From contig OX597816.1 of NCBI GenBank assembly GCA_951406725.2, forward strand, positions 148,304,001-148,368,000: a DNA stretch of 64,000 nucleotides. Reading direction: 5' to 3'. Under the pieces are notes generated by a model, which was given only the letters and a program-made list of their open reading frames with translations, was not told the DNA's origin and searched no databases. The position numbers were made by a program, and so were the translations under genes. Numbering within the stretch: the stretch's first letter is position 1; each line of letters starts with the position of its first letter. Origin of the DNA: Octopus vulgaris (Eukaryota). Positions 26,540 to 40,879 of this stretch are shown piece after piece.

Positions 26540-26886
26540 CAGAGAGTATTATAGCGAAAACTAACTCATCACATCATATATATCAGAAAATTATGAATAC
26601 ATACATACAATTTTGATCCAATTTGCTAACAGCAATTAATAACAACGACGGAGAAATACAGTTAGGTATGGGTTATATACACATATGCCATACATATGTA
26701 TATATATATATTATACATATGTATGGCATATGTGTATATAACCCATGCACCTAACTGTATTTCTCCGTCGTTGTTAGTTAATTGCTGTTAGCACACAGAA
26801 TTGGATCAAAACTGTATGCATGTATTCAAAATTTTCTGATATATATGATGTGATGAGTTAGTTTCCGCTATTATACATCTCTGTAT
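26537..26886. repeat. Fold-back palindrome of about 350 bp centred on a short TA tract
   Basis: Arm 26537-26700 is the reverse complement of about 26713-26886 with few mismatches or indels (e.g. GACGGAGAAATACAGTTAGGT / ACCTAACTGTATTTCTCCGTC). Confidence 0.92.
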
Positions 26887-27272
26887 AATATACAATTCTG
26901 ATATATAACGCTAACTATGGATATTGATATAAAATGTGTTGAGTTGGATTGTGAACATTGAAATTAATAATACTACAATGAGAAGATTACGAAACGGCTG
27001 TCATCGTATGGAAATCATATGACAATAATAAGTCTGTATTCAACTCTCGTACCTTCTGATTTCATGATTATTTCTTACTGCTCATGAGAACATTTACTGC
27101 TTTCTATTCTTGGCTTTCGGTTGTATCGATAAGTAAAATTATAATGTAATTTAAATAATCTATGAATCGACAGCCGTTTACTGTGAGTTCTCCTTAATTC
27201 ACCGAATTCAAGTTTCTACTTTATATGTATTGATGATTGTAAATATATATATATATATATAAATACCATTAC

Positions 27273-27303
<31 letters not shown>

Positions 27304-27309
27304 CCATTA

Positions 27310-27360
<51 letters not shown>

Positions 27361-27879
27361 GTGTGTATACATGTATATATAATTATATGCATGTATATGT
27401 GTATATATGCATTCGTAGTTGTACGCATGCACGCAACTTTTATATAATATACGCCTGCAGCTAGAGTTTGCATTTCCGCTAGCTGCCAAAATCGGGTCTG
27501 TTTTCACTGAATATTTTAGAGAAGTTCCTAGAATCAACGTTCTTATGATTGTCATCAATCTAATGAATGAAGGAAATAAAAATAATATGGTAGATTCGAC
27601 GGTGCCAAAAATCTATCAGCGTCACAGAAATAACGTAATAAGTAATACAAAATTGATATAACCAACTCTGCCTATATGCAAATTGTTCTATTTGCCAAAA
27701 ATGCTCCTAGGCTTTTCAATTCAATATTGTCACAAGTAAATGTCTAAATTATTTTATCCTCGTCATTTAATTACACATACCTACCTAAATATTTATGCGC
27801 ATGCGTACCTACAGCATATATTTATATGTACATTCTTTCCCATATATATATACATAAATATATATATATATATATATAC

Positions 27880-27978
<99 letters not shown>

Positions 27979-28384
27979 TGTGTGTGTAAGTGAAAATGAA
28001 TATATATATATATATATATATATGCCAAGTTAAAAACCAGAAATTTTCCAGGTAATAAGTTGAAATTTTGCGTGGGAAAACTGTTTTCAAGGAGAATGTC
28101 GTATATGTGACCTTTTGGAATATTTTCTATTAACCCGAGCAAAACTGTTACAGTTATTAATATACATACATGCAAATATACATACACAAATACATAGACA
28201 CATACGTACACAAATACTTACACGTGTACATACATACATGCATGCACACATACAAGTGTACATACATACATGCATGCATACGCACATACATACATACATA
28301 CATATATACATACAAAGACAAATACATACACAAATACATACATACACAAATACATACATATTCTTTTCAACTGCGCTTAGATAT

Positions 28385-28680
28385 CCACTAGCTTCACCCT
28401 TTTCAAACAGCGCCGTCTGCTCTGGCTCGATCATGTATATTTTATGCAGGACGGCAGACTGCCTCTAAGAGGACCCGGGTGAAGAGCACGAGGACGACTT
28501 CATTTTTGTTACACAGAGGTCTACAAGAGGGAGATGAAGCTAATAGATCTAGAGGTGCTAAGATGGGAATATGTGGCAAATGATTGCTCAACTACTACGC
28601 AGGGATAGAACTAGGGAAAGAGAAATTGAAGCATGCCACTGAAGAAAAGCGCGCTAGAAGAAAGCAAGACTGTTTTCCCA
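28385..28680 (+). mobile_element. RTE-clade LINE 3' coding fragment
   Basis: RRLLWLDHV...MQDGRLP...WEYVAND...EEKRARRK, typical of the RTE C-terminus. Confidence 0.75.
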
Positions 28681-28700
28681 ATATATATATATATATTTAA

Positions 28701-29006
28701 CGCTCAGTGGTTAGAGCTTCGAGCTTACGATCGTGAGGTTGTGAGTTCGACTCCCGGACCGGGCTGGGTGTTGTGTTCTTGAGCAAGACATTTTATTTCA
28801 CGTTGCTCCAGTTAACTCAGCTGTAGAAACGAGTTGCGACATCACTGGTTCCAAGCTATATCGGACTTTGCCTTTCCCTTGGATGACATCAGTGGTGAGG
28901 AGAGGGGTGGCTGGTATGCATGGGTGACTGCTGGCCTTCTACAAACAACATTGCCCGGACTTGCGCCTCGGAGGGTAACTTTCTAGGTGCAATCCCATGG
29001 TCATTC
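28701..29006 (+). mobile_element. tRNA-derived CORE-like SINE
   Basis: GCTCAGTGGTTAGAGC box A, GAGTTCGACTC box B, TTCTTGAGCAAGACATTTTATTTCAC core. Confidence 0.8.
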
Positions 29007-29011
29007 ATATG

Positions 29012-29272
29012 TGCTTTATTAAAAGCAGCAGAAATATCACAAAAATTGTCACTTAGAGTTTCACGTTCCCTTTCGTCTGACAGTTTTGTTGGAATGGAAC
29101 AGAAATGATATTTCGAGTAAGAAAAGAAAAGAAAGGTAGCAGAACCATTTTCAAAGTTGTATCCTTTAAACTAGTTTTATATTTGATTTCTGTTCCATTC
29201 TAACAAAACTGTCCTACGAACGTGAAAATCTGAGTAACAGTTTTTGTGATATTTCTGCTGATTTTAATAAAG

Positions 29273-29274
<2 letters not shown>
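29012..29274. repeat. Inverted repeat of about 90 bp (29012-29106 / 29186-29274), each arm a degenerate hammerhead
   Basis: The arms are reverse complements. Combined consensus AAAACTGT-C(C/A)GACGA-..ACGT-GAAACTCT(G)AGTA-ACAGTTTT. Confidence 0.85.
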
Positions 29275-29307
<33 letters not shown>

Positions 29308-29332
29308 GCACGCACACACACGCACACACACG

Positions 29333-29378
<46 letters not shown>

Positions 29379-31389
29379 CATATATATATATATACCACTA
29401 CACTCTTTTGCCAGCTTTAGCCGCTGCACTGCAGCCTTTATGGGTACTTATTACGAGGTAGAATTTTATCGAACTTTTTTGTTTTACCTGAGTTTACCAG
29501 TTTATATTCCTTGTAGACTTATATATGACAATATGTTTGCCGCAATGTACTCCAGTATACAAGCAATCAAAGAGAGACACAGCGAAGCATGTGTGTGTTT
29601 GTGTGTGTATGTGTTTGTGTGTGTATCTGAGACGTGCGCGCACATGTCTGTGTATGTGTGTACGTGTGTGTGTATATGTCTGTATGTGTATGTGAGAAAG
29701 AGAGAGAGAGTTTGCGTACGCACGTGACAAATTTTCTTACAGTTTTCAACGGCCAAATTTCACTTGCATGGCATCGGCCAAGCCATGATCACGACAGAAG
29801 AAAACATTCGCTTAATATATTGCGCATTATGCTAGAATCAAGAACCACATGTTTGTGAAGTGAATTTTTTTTAACATAAATACTTGCAAGGGGAAAATAT
29901 CACACAGCAAAAGCAATGCAAATATCATTTATTGCAAATTAAATCTCTAGATTAGCCATGTTGTTGAATTTTTTTTTTATGACATATAATTTATTTTTAG
30001 CATATTGTTAAAATTGTGCTTTAATAAGTTCCTTTCTCAAATACTTTTAAAACGAAATATTTTCAAATTCAATAACGTTTTAATCCGCCAGGAATCTTGA
30101 AATCTAAATATCTAAACAAAAAACTTTGAGATCACACATGCAGTTAAAACACTGAGAGACGGTATAGCATTATAAACACGCAAGCCATTCATACAGAAAG
30201 ATGTGTACTCATACACACAAAGAGAAAATTATATAACAGATAGGCAATGCTGTCAAATGCATATGCACGTATAAGATTAAGTTCTATTTTTCAGTTTAAG
30301 CATTGCATTGTAGGGGTTATAAATATTATAATAATGGAAAATAATTTAATTTCTCTTTCAAATATATTTTTTTAAATTCCATATAAAAAAAATATGCAGA
30401 TTATATACAAGCTGAGAATCAAAACAACTAAAAGTTATTTATATTCCACTAAGGGAATATAGCGTGCCATAGAAAAACATTAATTTATATATAGAATTAC
30501 ACAGTAATATGGTACGAATGCATACAGAGAATTAAGTGTATCTACATTTAATATAAAGAAATGCTTTCTTTTTTTGCTAAATATATAGCTTTGTTGCTTT
30601 AAAATCGAAGAACTGATATATAAGTAATATGAGGGAAAGTAATTTAAATAGTTTTTTTTTAATTTTAGTAATAATATCATTGCAAATTGTCGGTACATTT
30701 TAGCAAATAAATTCGCTCTCGTGGAAACGGATTCACGCCCTCGTACCATTACTGAGGAAAAACGAAGAAAAATCAATAAACAAGTTTTTACTGAGTAAGT
30801 TGGATAGAATTTCATGGACTATAAATATAAGAGAATGCTGTAAATATAAAATATATAAATATGCTGAAACCTACGTTATGGTCATAATTTGTTAAGACAT
30901 ATAGATGCGTATTCAGTTAATACAAACGGGCAACGCTGAATGCTTGCTATCGAATAAAACCATATTTCCAAAGTTATATAAAATACCTGAAATCTGTAGA
31001 TCGGAAATACATCGCACTAAGCATATCCTTGACCAAATACATAAAGTAGTCAAAGATGATATAATGAAAATAAATAGTTTATGATAGAAAAAAAGGAAGA
31101 TATAGATCTAAGATAAGCATGAAAATCAATAAGTTGAACAGACAGGATATACATGGTATAAAATATTACATATGTGATCATTTGATCATATTCACCATTT
31201 ATAATATTCCAGTAAATCATAATTGACGAAGTAAAACATCAACGTGTGTAAGATGCAGTTTTCTTTACTTCGTAAATTTAGCTCTCCTGTGTGTGGAAAG
31301 GTGACTTCTATCATTGACGTTGCTAGTCTCGCTACTAACGAAAAGGCCATACTTATCTGTCACTGTTCGATTTAAAAATATGTTTGATT

Positions 31390-31770
31390 TCACACTCACA
31401 ATATCAGATATATTCTAGGATACAAGATGAGGGAGAGCTTGCCATTCCCATGAATTTATTTTCTCTTTTTTTTCGTTTTGGTTATCTTGTTGAACGTGCT
31501 GCATTATTTTCATGGAACAGTCGTAAGGTCTCTCACTTCCATTCTCTTTCCATTTTTCCAATATCCCTGATATGATTTTGCACAGTGGACTGAGGTTTAT
31601 TACGTCACCGATCCTTTGATGCGGATTGCCAGCAATTGTTTTCACTGCGTCGTTACAGAAAGCAGCTGCTCTTCCTGAACAATACCCATTGAAAAAAACC
31701 AAAATCACCGTTTTTTAAAATTTGACCCATCTTTGGCATTTCCGAACATTTCCAAGCTGAAACATATACT
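31390..31770 (-). mobile_element. Highly degraded, deleted mariner relic
   Basis: SGRAAAFCNDAVKTIAGNP, LFHENNAAR and ALPHLVS remnants (RSGRP / LHDNARPH / LPHPPYS). Confidence 0.5.
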
Positions 31771-32315
31771 GATATATTAGAGATAGAAAATTATAAAAAT
31801 ATATGAATACTAAAAATATACATGGACATGTGAATATATGGATATATAAACATAATAATAATGGAATATAGATAAAAACGTGTGTTTTTTTAATTAAAAT
31901 ATGGTATAGAGAAAATAATAGGCATTGAAAAGAGTTTTGGGTTACATGTTAGAAGAAAATAAATTATTCCAACTATCGTTTCTGAGGTTCATTCGGCCAA
32001 GTAAATGAATCTTAAGATTCATTTTCAGAGAATGTCTCCTCCATCAGGGAAAAATTATATTTATGCTGGATATGCGTTCAGTTCTTTACCAAAGTATGAG
32101 ATAATTGGATGCTTTTATAGAAGAGCGGGTTTAGCTATGCAAATAACGGAAGTCTTTATGAAGGGTGATGGGAGTAAAATTAGATTGCTTACTGTCTTTC
32201 TTAAAATTTATATTTGTATTGGCGATATATTGTTATAAGCAGTAGGTTGTTCAGTTGTGCAACAGAAATGACTAGGGTTATTGCTAAGTGGATTCAGATT
32301 TAAATCGTCTCCCTA

Positions 32316-32366
<51 letters not shown>

Positions 32367-33249
32367 GACCGGCTTCCACACAGTTTCTTTCTGCCAAACA
32401 TACATGGCCTTGGTCAGTCCCAGACTATTGTTGAAGACATTTGCTCAAGGTGCGCGAAGTGGAACTGAATACGAACCACGTCGTTGCAAAGCGAGTTTCT
32501 TAAGCACACAGCCAGGCCTGTGGCTATATCAACGTTTGTGTATAATATGTTCACATTTTCTTTATGACTGCATTGTTTAATCATTTAAATATGCTGTTAC
32601 TGAGAAAATCGATTTATGATACGCTATACAGCATTACACATGATCATTCCGTATAAAAATGAACATTACTGCAGCATTTATTTTTCTAAAACAATAGTTT
32701 TACGATAAAATATTTATTAGCTTATTTGTACACTTCTATATATTAACACTCATCATAACTGGACATAATTCAACGATATGGGGCCTAGAGAAATGTGCGT
32801 AGGGAGCAATATCTTCCAGTGATTTGAAATATACAGTTCAATATTTCTTTATAAAAAAAAAACAAAAAGGCAATTGTATTCGAATGAAAGACATGACAGT
32901 TTCGTCTCAATTGCTTCTCTATAACTTCTAATGAATTCTTGCAAACAGAAATATGAAACGAAATCAATCGAATTTGATGAAATTTAGAAAATACACTAAA
33001 TTAAACGGAAATAATATATCATCATTGAAAATCGACGAACACACATCTCAGGAAAAAATGCTGCAGATGAAGATTTTCTCAACTCACATATACATAAAAG
33101 ACATAAATTTTCTGTTAAATATAATTCGTGATCAATCTCTCAAACGAGAGGAAAGCGCTAAATAAATAATTATCCAAAATTCCGAACCTTCCTTTTTCTT
33201 AAGATATACATTATATATAAAGCGTTGAGGTAAACATTTCTATTGATAT

Positions 33250-33305
<56 letters not shown>

Positions 33306-33929
33306 GTGTGTGTGTGTGTTTGTGTGTGTGTCTGTATGTGTATGCGTGTGGTTGTGTGAGTGAAAATAAAGATACAAAATTATATTTTCATATAACGATT
33401 TTACTCTAAAAATTTTAACGTATGCTGTCACAAGGTAATTCTTATACAAGAAAAAGGAGAGTTAATTACTGGAAAAGTTTCGTATAGAAGTTTTCGCATA
33501 AAACAAGTTAAAGTATAAAATAAATTTTCGTATACAATCAGTTTGAGATTTTATTGCATCACATTTTACTAACCGATTTCGCTATGATTTAGATATAAGC
33601 TTCAATGCATTTTTAGTCCATGTGAGATTCATTTTATACAGCAATGTCGCGTATTTCATTTCCAAAACAAGACATGACTCTGCGCATTTCTTGTCACGAA
33701 TGTTGTTTTCATAAGACCATATGTCAGTTAATATTTTCAGAAAGTGATATTTCTTTTTATACATAATTAATAGAGATAAGGGTGTTTAATTAAAATATCA
33801 GATAAAAATATAAAGTTAGAGGCTTCTCTTTTGATAAATGTTTTCTTTACCCAGAATGTGTCTGATAATTTTGTAATGTCTTTATTGATATGTTAATGTA
33901 ATTGTTATTGATCCTGGTGAATACAAACA

Positions 33930-34125
33930 TTATTCTTTCTCCTATAGGCACAAGGCCTGAAATATTTTGTGGAATGCGGTAGTTAAGCACTTCGACCCCA
34001 ATGCTCAACTGGTACTTATTTTATCGATCTTAAAACAATGGAAGGCAAAGAAGACAACGTATAACCGGAAGAAATAGCACTAAGCATTTTGTACAGCGCT
34101 GTATGATTCTGCCAACTTGCCGCAT
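33930..34125 (-). mobile_element. SINE, same family as 34624-34822
   Basis: Reverse-complement match including GGTACTTATTTTATCGA and GGCACAAGGCC. Confidence 0.7.
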
Positions 34126-34419
34126 TTCCATACATGCATGACGATAATGTGTTACATTTACATTTTTAGTCTAGGGTGTCTGAAATGCATCGAGCTAAAA
34201 AGTAATTCATGACAACCATCTTATATTTAGAAAGGACAGAATATATTTTATACGGAATTCAGTTTTAAAATAGCAAACGAATGTAACTTCGAAAGAAATT
34301 CTACTCATATGTTCATTTACAAAATTAAGAAATTCTCTCTGCAGATTACCTGATGAAGAATTACTCTACATTGATATATTCTACATTCACCTTCATAATA
34401 TTTTGCATGAATTTAAGGC

Positions 34420-34822
34420 ATCGTGCCGGAGGGTGGTCAGCGCCGAGTAAAATGCTTAACGGCATTTCATCCGTCTTTACGTTCTGAGGTCAAATTCCAC
34501 CGAGATCGAATATGCCTTTCGTTCTTTCGGGATCGATAAAATACTACCAGTTGAGCTTTGGGGTCGATGTAACCGACTTACAGCCTCCGCCAAAATCGCT
34601 GTCCTTGTGCCACAATTTGTAAAAGGTGACTAGCAGGCAGAATCGTTAGCACGCCGGGCAAAATGTTTAGCAGTATTTCATCTGTCTTTACGTTCTGAGT
34701 TCAAATTCCGCATAGGTCAACTTTGCCTTTCATGCTTTCGAGGTCGATAAAATAAGTTCTAATAGAGTACTGGAGTCGATGTAATCGACTTACCATATCC
34801 ATCCGAATTTGAAACCAATATT
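34420..34822 (+). mobile_element. Two head-to-tail SINE copies (tRNA-like head, Nin-like domain)
   Basis: Each has GTCTTTACGTTCTGAG(G/T)TCAAATTCC...GCCTTTC...TCGATAAAATA...GTCGATGTAA(C/T)CGACTTAC. Confidence 0.8.
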
Positions 34823-35769
34823 TCACGTAAATTAGTCAAAACCGTTCCCTACATGTATCTATTTAATCTTCTGTCAATGCGACATTCAACAATTCAGAAT
34901 ATTACAACGTAGCCTTATTGACATTTCATTGAAAAGTTTAGATATAACCCACAAGCTCAAACTGAAGTGAAAAACAGAAAACTTACAAAATACAATCCAC
35001 CCACCTTTTCATCAAGACTTGTTCAATATCTGAAGGGGAAAAATAATATTTCGATTTTTCCAAAAATATTACAAAATTGTCTTTAAGGGAACAAGTCTTC
35101 TATTCGTCCACTCCAAAGTTTTTCAAATCAAACACTATGATCCATTCAATAAACAATGCACGACCATTCAAATATATACGTCCAAATACATGTCTACTCA
35201 AAATGTCTGAACATCAAAATATATTTAGTATCAACACTACATTCACATTAAAATATATTTATAGTAGGGCACTATTTCAGAATTCTTTATTGCATGAGCT
35301 GCTAATTTGTTTAACACGCACGCGCGCGTACACGCATAAACACACACACACACACAGAGTTTTCTTCTACAGAATTCTACTTACAAAACATTAGTCAACC
35401 CCAGCTATAGAAAGTTGCATTTGCTCAGAATTTGTCCAGGAATGAATACAGGACGTTGTGCTCGCCACGCATTAGTTTTTAATGATTGATTGCAGGCATG
35501 TTAGAGAATAATCTCCGAGTAATTTATTTAAATATATAGTCTCCTTGTACTTTTCCTGGTATTTATTTTATCGAACTGGAAGATTGGCTAAAATGACCTA
35601 AGGACAATGGAATATAAACCGTAACGGAACCAAATACTTCAAGTTGTTTTTGTTTGCCATATTGATTCTGGCATTTCAATGATATACATATATTTATTTG
35701 ACGAGATTGAGTTTCAAAACAAGTTTTGCATAATTTTCTTTTTCTCGTTTTACTTCTTTCAGTCATTAA

Positions 35770-35961
35770 ACTCTAGTTATGCTGGGGTACCACCTCGAAG
35801 GATTTTTAGTCGAACAAATCGACCTCAACACTAATTTTTTTTAATCTGGTACTTGTTCTATTGGTACTTTTTATCTAACCGCTAGGTTACAAGTACGTAA
35901 ACACATCAACACCGCTTGTCAAGCGCTGGACAACGAGCGCGCACACACACATACACACACA

Positions 35962-36041
<80 letters not shown>

Positions 36042-36182
36042 GTATGTATATACAACGGACTTCCTTCAATTTCCGTCAATCAAATTCACTCATAATGTTT
36101 TGATTGACCATGTTGCTATGCAGTAGGAGTGAACTCAAAGCCATATAGTTGGGAAGCAAACTCCTTCCCACACAGCTACGCC
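35770..36182 (-). mobile_element. SINE with internal CA/TA microsatellite
   Basis: Colinear with 49955-50312 and the partial copy at 32365-32525. Confidence 0.7.
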
Positions 36183-36509
36183 AAACACCTGTATCAGATT
36201 TCAAAAAATGACTTTGAGCAACTCGAAATCTCATAATAGAATTTCAAGGTTTCACGCGGTAAATTGCAATTTGAACAGATGCGTAGTCAATTGAGGTTTT
36301 ACTCACCCATTCTCGTTCACATACAACTACAGTCCACTGACATTCCTCGCCGGTTTCCATAAGTTTAAGCGAGTGAGAAAAGATATAAACCTGAATAATT
36401 CGCTAATTTATAACATCTAACTTAAGATTTGAATTTATTATTTCAGGCTAACGAAACAATTTTACTGGATGAAAAATAAATTACTGAGTGAATGGGAAAA
36501 GATATAAAC

Positions 36510-36570
<61 letters not shown>

Positions 36571-36748
36571 TGAAACAAAATACCAAATAGAAAAGGTAGG
36601 ATGAGATAGCAGCATACAACAATTATAGATTGAACTGTATGTTTAAAACTTAAGACACTTGAAAAAATATAGTAAAAGAATAAATTTTATTCGTACCAAA
36701 AATTATTGGTAGAAATAAAGAAGTTATATATATATATACGCGCGCACG

Positions 36749-36809
<61 letters not shown>

Positions 36810-37167
36810 CAATGGTGAACTAAAGTTCTATTAATTCTGTCTGAAAGTTATGCCATGTTTACAAGTGTCTTCATGCGTAATGGACTTCTGACAATCAAAG
36901 AACTGAAATAGCGGAACTGATTCTCACAGAGTGATTTCTTGACCCGCATTGACATCATCACTTCTTTCATTTGTTTTTATGAATTTTATTTTGTCATTTT
37001 CCTTGGGTTTTTTCTTTCTCTTTTCTATGTTAAAATGGGTGGAATGTGAAAAAAAAAATTAAGTTTCGCTTGAATGTGTAGCCAACATCAACGACAAGAA
37101 ATACATCATGAACGCTGACGAAGGTCTTGTCAATCATGATGATTATGATGAAGGTTATTGTTATTAC

Positions 37168-37240
<73 letters not shown>

Positions 37241-38739
37241 ATTATTTTTTTTATTATTAATATTATTATTATTATTATTATTATTATTAGTAGTAGTAGT
37301 AGTAGTAGTAGTAGTATTGTTGTTGTTGCTGTTGTTGTTGTCGTCAACATCATCATCATCATCAACATCACGGCTACTATGATGATGTTCTTGTGATCAT
37401 GATAAAGAGAAAATGAGTGTGAAAAATAATGATAGTAATGATGACAATAATAAAGATATCGGTGATCACATTGATTGCCATCACAATCATTGCTACCATC
37501 ATGAAGTTTTCATCATCATCATCATCATCATCATTATCATCATCGTCCTCATAGACATCGTCTTCACGGGTTACGGAACAAGTTAACTTGTGAAAATTCT
37601 GGCCCACATTGCATTGTACAATAACATACCACTTTATTTATTCAGTTAATGCCCTTCGGAAATGCATGAAGGTCAGAATATCCCCCTTACTATTCTTTAA
37701 AATATGCACAACACTTTCGTTATAAATCACCGGAATTCCTTTTTATATGGATTAGGATGTTGATGAAATGCAGAGCTGATAAAGCATAAGAAAACATTTT
37801 AGCGATGTTTAGATATGTCGTTTTATGACTTCAAACTCCGTTGGGGTTAACTTTGCTCTTCAACATTCTGGGTTTGACATAACATATTTCTTTCCTGACC
37901 ATCCTCTCTCTTTACGCTCTCTTCCCCCCTCTTCCACCTCCTCTTCTATATTCAATTCATGATAGTACGTAATTTGCATTTTTTATTTCCCTGAGACCAA
38001 TATAACAAAGACATAGAAAGTAAAGGTATATATTATTCAGCACACCACATAGCTTGCTAATCATTTTTCTGTTTTGTATATAAACAAGCTTAGTATTGCT
38101 GTGAACCGCCTTAGAATAATTAGTTCCTGATGCTGTATTTTCATTACTTTGGCTTTTAACCAAAACCAATATTCTCAACATGGCTAATAATGGTTATGTA
38201 CATAAAACATACATGAATATTATAATACAAGTGAAATTATCAAGTAGGTAGGGAAATGGATAACGAACTCATAGATCTGGAGTTCAAATTGACTGCATGA
38301 ATTTTATTAATGTTTAAGTAGTTAAAGGAGATGTACTTATGACATCCGTCGACCCTAATATACAGCTGGTATGTCAAAACATGTAACATTCCTTTCGAAG
38401 TCACCGGCTTCATGAAATACGGATACATAGAATTATTGTGGTGCACGTTTAAGGAAGAAAGGAAGGATGCACGTTTAAGGAAGGAAGGAAGGAAGGAAGG
38501 AAAGAAGGAAAGAAGGAAGGAAGGAAAGAAGAAAGGAAGGAAGGAAGGAAAGAAGGAAGGAAGGAAAGAAGGAAAGAAGGAACGAAGGAACGAAGGAACG
38601 AACGAACGAACGAACGAACGAACGAACGAACGAACGAACGAACGAACGAACGAAGGACCTGTGTATAGTGATTAGTGTACGTAGCAAGAAGTAAATTCTC
38701 AATATGAATGACTAGAATGGAAAGACCGAGTGAACAAGG

Positions 38740-39300
38740 TTTGCTTGAATGGTGGTAAGAGGAGAGAAACTGTCTAAGAATGCTTATCTAGACGACAGGC
38801 AAAGAGGAAACAGCACGAATGTGATCTAGAAGTAAACAACCGTATGTGAACAACCTGATGTGGCCCTTATCCTGAATACAGTGGCACCACCATTGATGTA
38901 GAAGTAGGACTTTACTGTCGACTTTAGGAAATTATTTAAAAGTGAGTACCCACAAGTGGGGCACTCTCATTCTAGGGTTACATCTCTAATAGATTCTAGT
39001 GTTCTTTACAGAAGAAAAGAGTTTCAAGGTAGGAAGAAAGTTGTTCTTAATGACTTTTCTATAACGCTCTAATATATAGGAAGTGAGAGCAATAGGTTGA
39101 TAATAAATAAGAGGACGTTTGTGTGTCAGTGAGCAATAGGGATCGTGGTTTGTATGTTGGAAAAGGTGGATGTGTAATCTAGGTTAGAAATGAAGTCAGT
39201 GATATTAAAGAAGAGGATGGGGAATATCCAGTGACATCCGTATAAGCTATTGGCATGTAGGAAATTGAAAATGGTCGCTGTGCCGTAATATCACCATATC
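38740..39300 (-). mobile_element. Possible very degraded CR1/L2-group LINE fragment
   Basis: Weak RT-like remnants (PILFFNITDF) and base composition like 25400-26300. Confidence 0.35.
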
Positions 39301-39891
39301 CCCCGGTCGGTAGTCTGGTCCGGTTCATTGCAATAGAACAAATTGCGCTACAGTCACCACGGAATAGCAGTTGTTATTAAACTTCTATTACAGAGACTTC
39401 TGCACTTCAGAACAGCCTGGTCACGCGTCATCATCTTTCATGTGCTTCCAATTCACTCGACTCTCTTTCTGTTTTTTACTTATTTAGTATCCACCGTCAT
39501 GCCACACTCTATCCACGACGGAAGGTTCTTCTTTCTTAGAAAACCGGTTCTCTTGAATTCCCTCTCCCAGTACTTGCTTTTTTTTTCTTTTTACAGCCAT
39601 TTCTAATTGATTTCACTATTTGGAACAACGCCTATCAGCGTTCAAATAGTAGAGATGTAATGCGCAAAGTCATTCTCGCTAGATAAGGTCTGCATTCTGC
39701 TTGTTTTAGAAACAGCTTGTAGCGATCTCTCTAGTTGCTACATTAGGGATGGGATTTGGGGAAACGTTGTGAACATTAGCCTATATCCTACTCAAATAAG
39801 ACTTCCAAATCAGTTTCCAGACATTCATATGTGTGTGCTTGTATTTATTTGAGTCTGTGCGTGTGTGAATGTGCGGGTATACGAATAAGTA

Positions 39892-40754
39892 CGAGGAGGT
39901 ACCCAAAAGAAACCGGAATTTTGCAATGCTATTTTATTCGCTTTGATTTACATGTTTACACTTTTATTGCCTTCAAAGTATTCTCCATTTGAAACAATGC
40001 ATCGGTCTAGGCACGTTTTCCACTATTCGAAGCAGTGTTGGGATTCTTGCGAAATGATGTCTTTTAACGTCTCCGTCGTTTTTTCTTCACCACTTCCACA
40101 TCTGCAAATTCCGTAGCATCAAATTTCGTCACTAGTGATGACCTTCGAAAAAACGTCCAGATTAACTTCCAACTGTTCTTTCATTTCTCGACACGCATTC
40201 AGTCATGACTGCTTTTGATCTTCCGTGAGCAAGCGAGGCACCAATTTTGCTGCACCTCTTTTCATTCAGAATTCCTTGGTAGGAGCTCCAGCGCACACCA
40301 ACCATATCAATAAGTTCGTCAATTGTTCAGTGACGGTTTTTCAAGATCAGTTCAAGGATTTTTCAAGTTCGCCCAGAACGAGGTTGGTCTTCATGCAACA
40401 AATGGCCATTCCTAAAGCGTGGAAAACACGCGTAAACTTTGTTTTTGCCCATGGTTATGTTCTTGTAAGCTGTTTGAAACATGACAGCTGTTTCGGTTTC
40501 GGTTTTCCATAGCAGAAAACAAAATTTCACGAAGCACGCAGTTCCTTTGTTTCAGCCATCGTAGAAATCAACGATCAGGGGAAAAGCACTGCAAAACAAA
40601 GATGCACCACGTGGCAGCACGACTCCACTGGTCGACGCCAGTCGTCAGACTGATGCCTGAGGGTTGCATCAAGTAGATTCTAGAGACAGAAGCCCGAACT
40701 CCGACGGGTTTGTCTCCCAGAGAACGTTTTCAGTTACTTTTGTGTACCCCTTCG
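39892..40754 (-). mobile_element. Internally deleted mariner with both TIRs and TA target duplication
   Basis: TA-CGAGGAGGTACCCAAAAGAAACCGGAA versus the reverse complement of the right end TA-CGAAGGGGTACACAAAAGTAACTGAAA. The body is homologous to 21632-22555 but lacks about 400 bp at about 40110. Confidence 0.88.
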
Positions 40755-40879
40755 TATTAGTGTATGTGCATGTGCGTTTGTATGTATATTGGAAATAGCT
40801 ATCGTTAGATGTATTGAAACCCCGATTCAATCGTGTTCTAGTTTTATGCTTTTCATATTTTCTGCGCGGAACGAGAATT

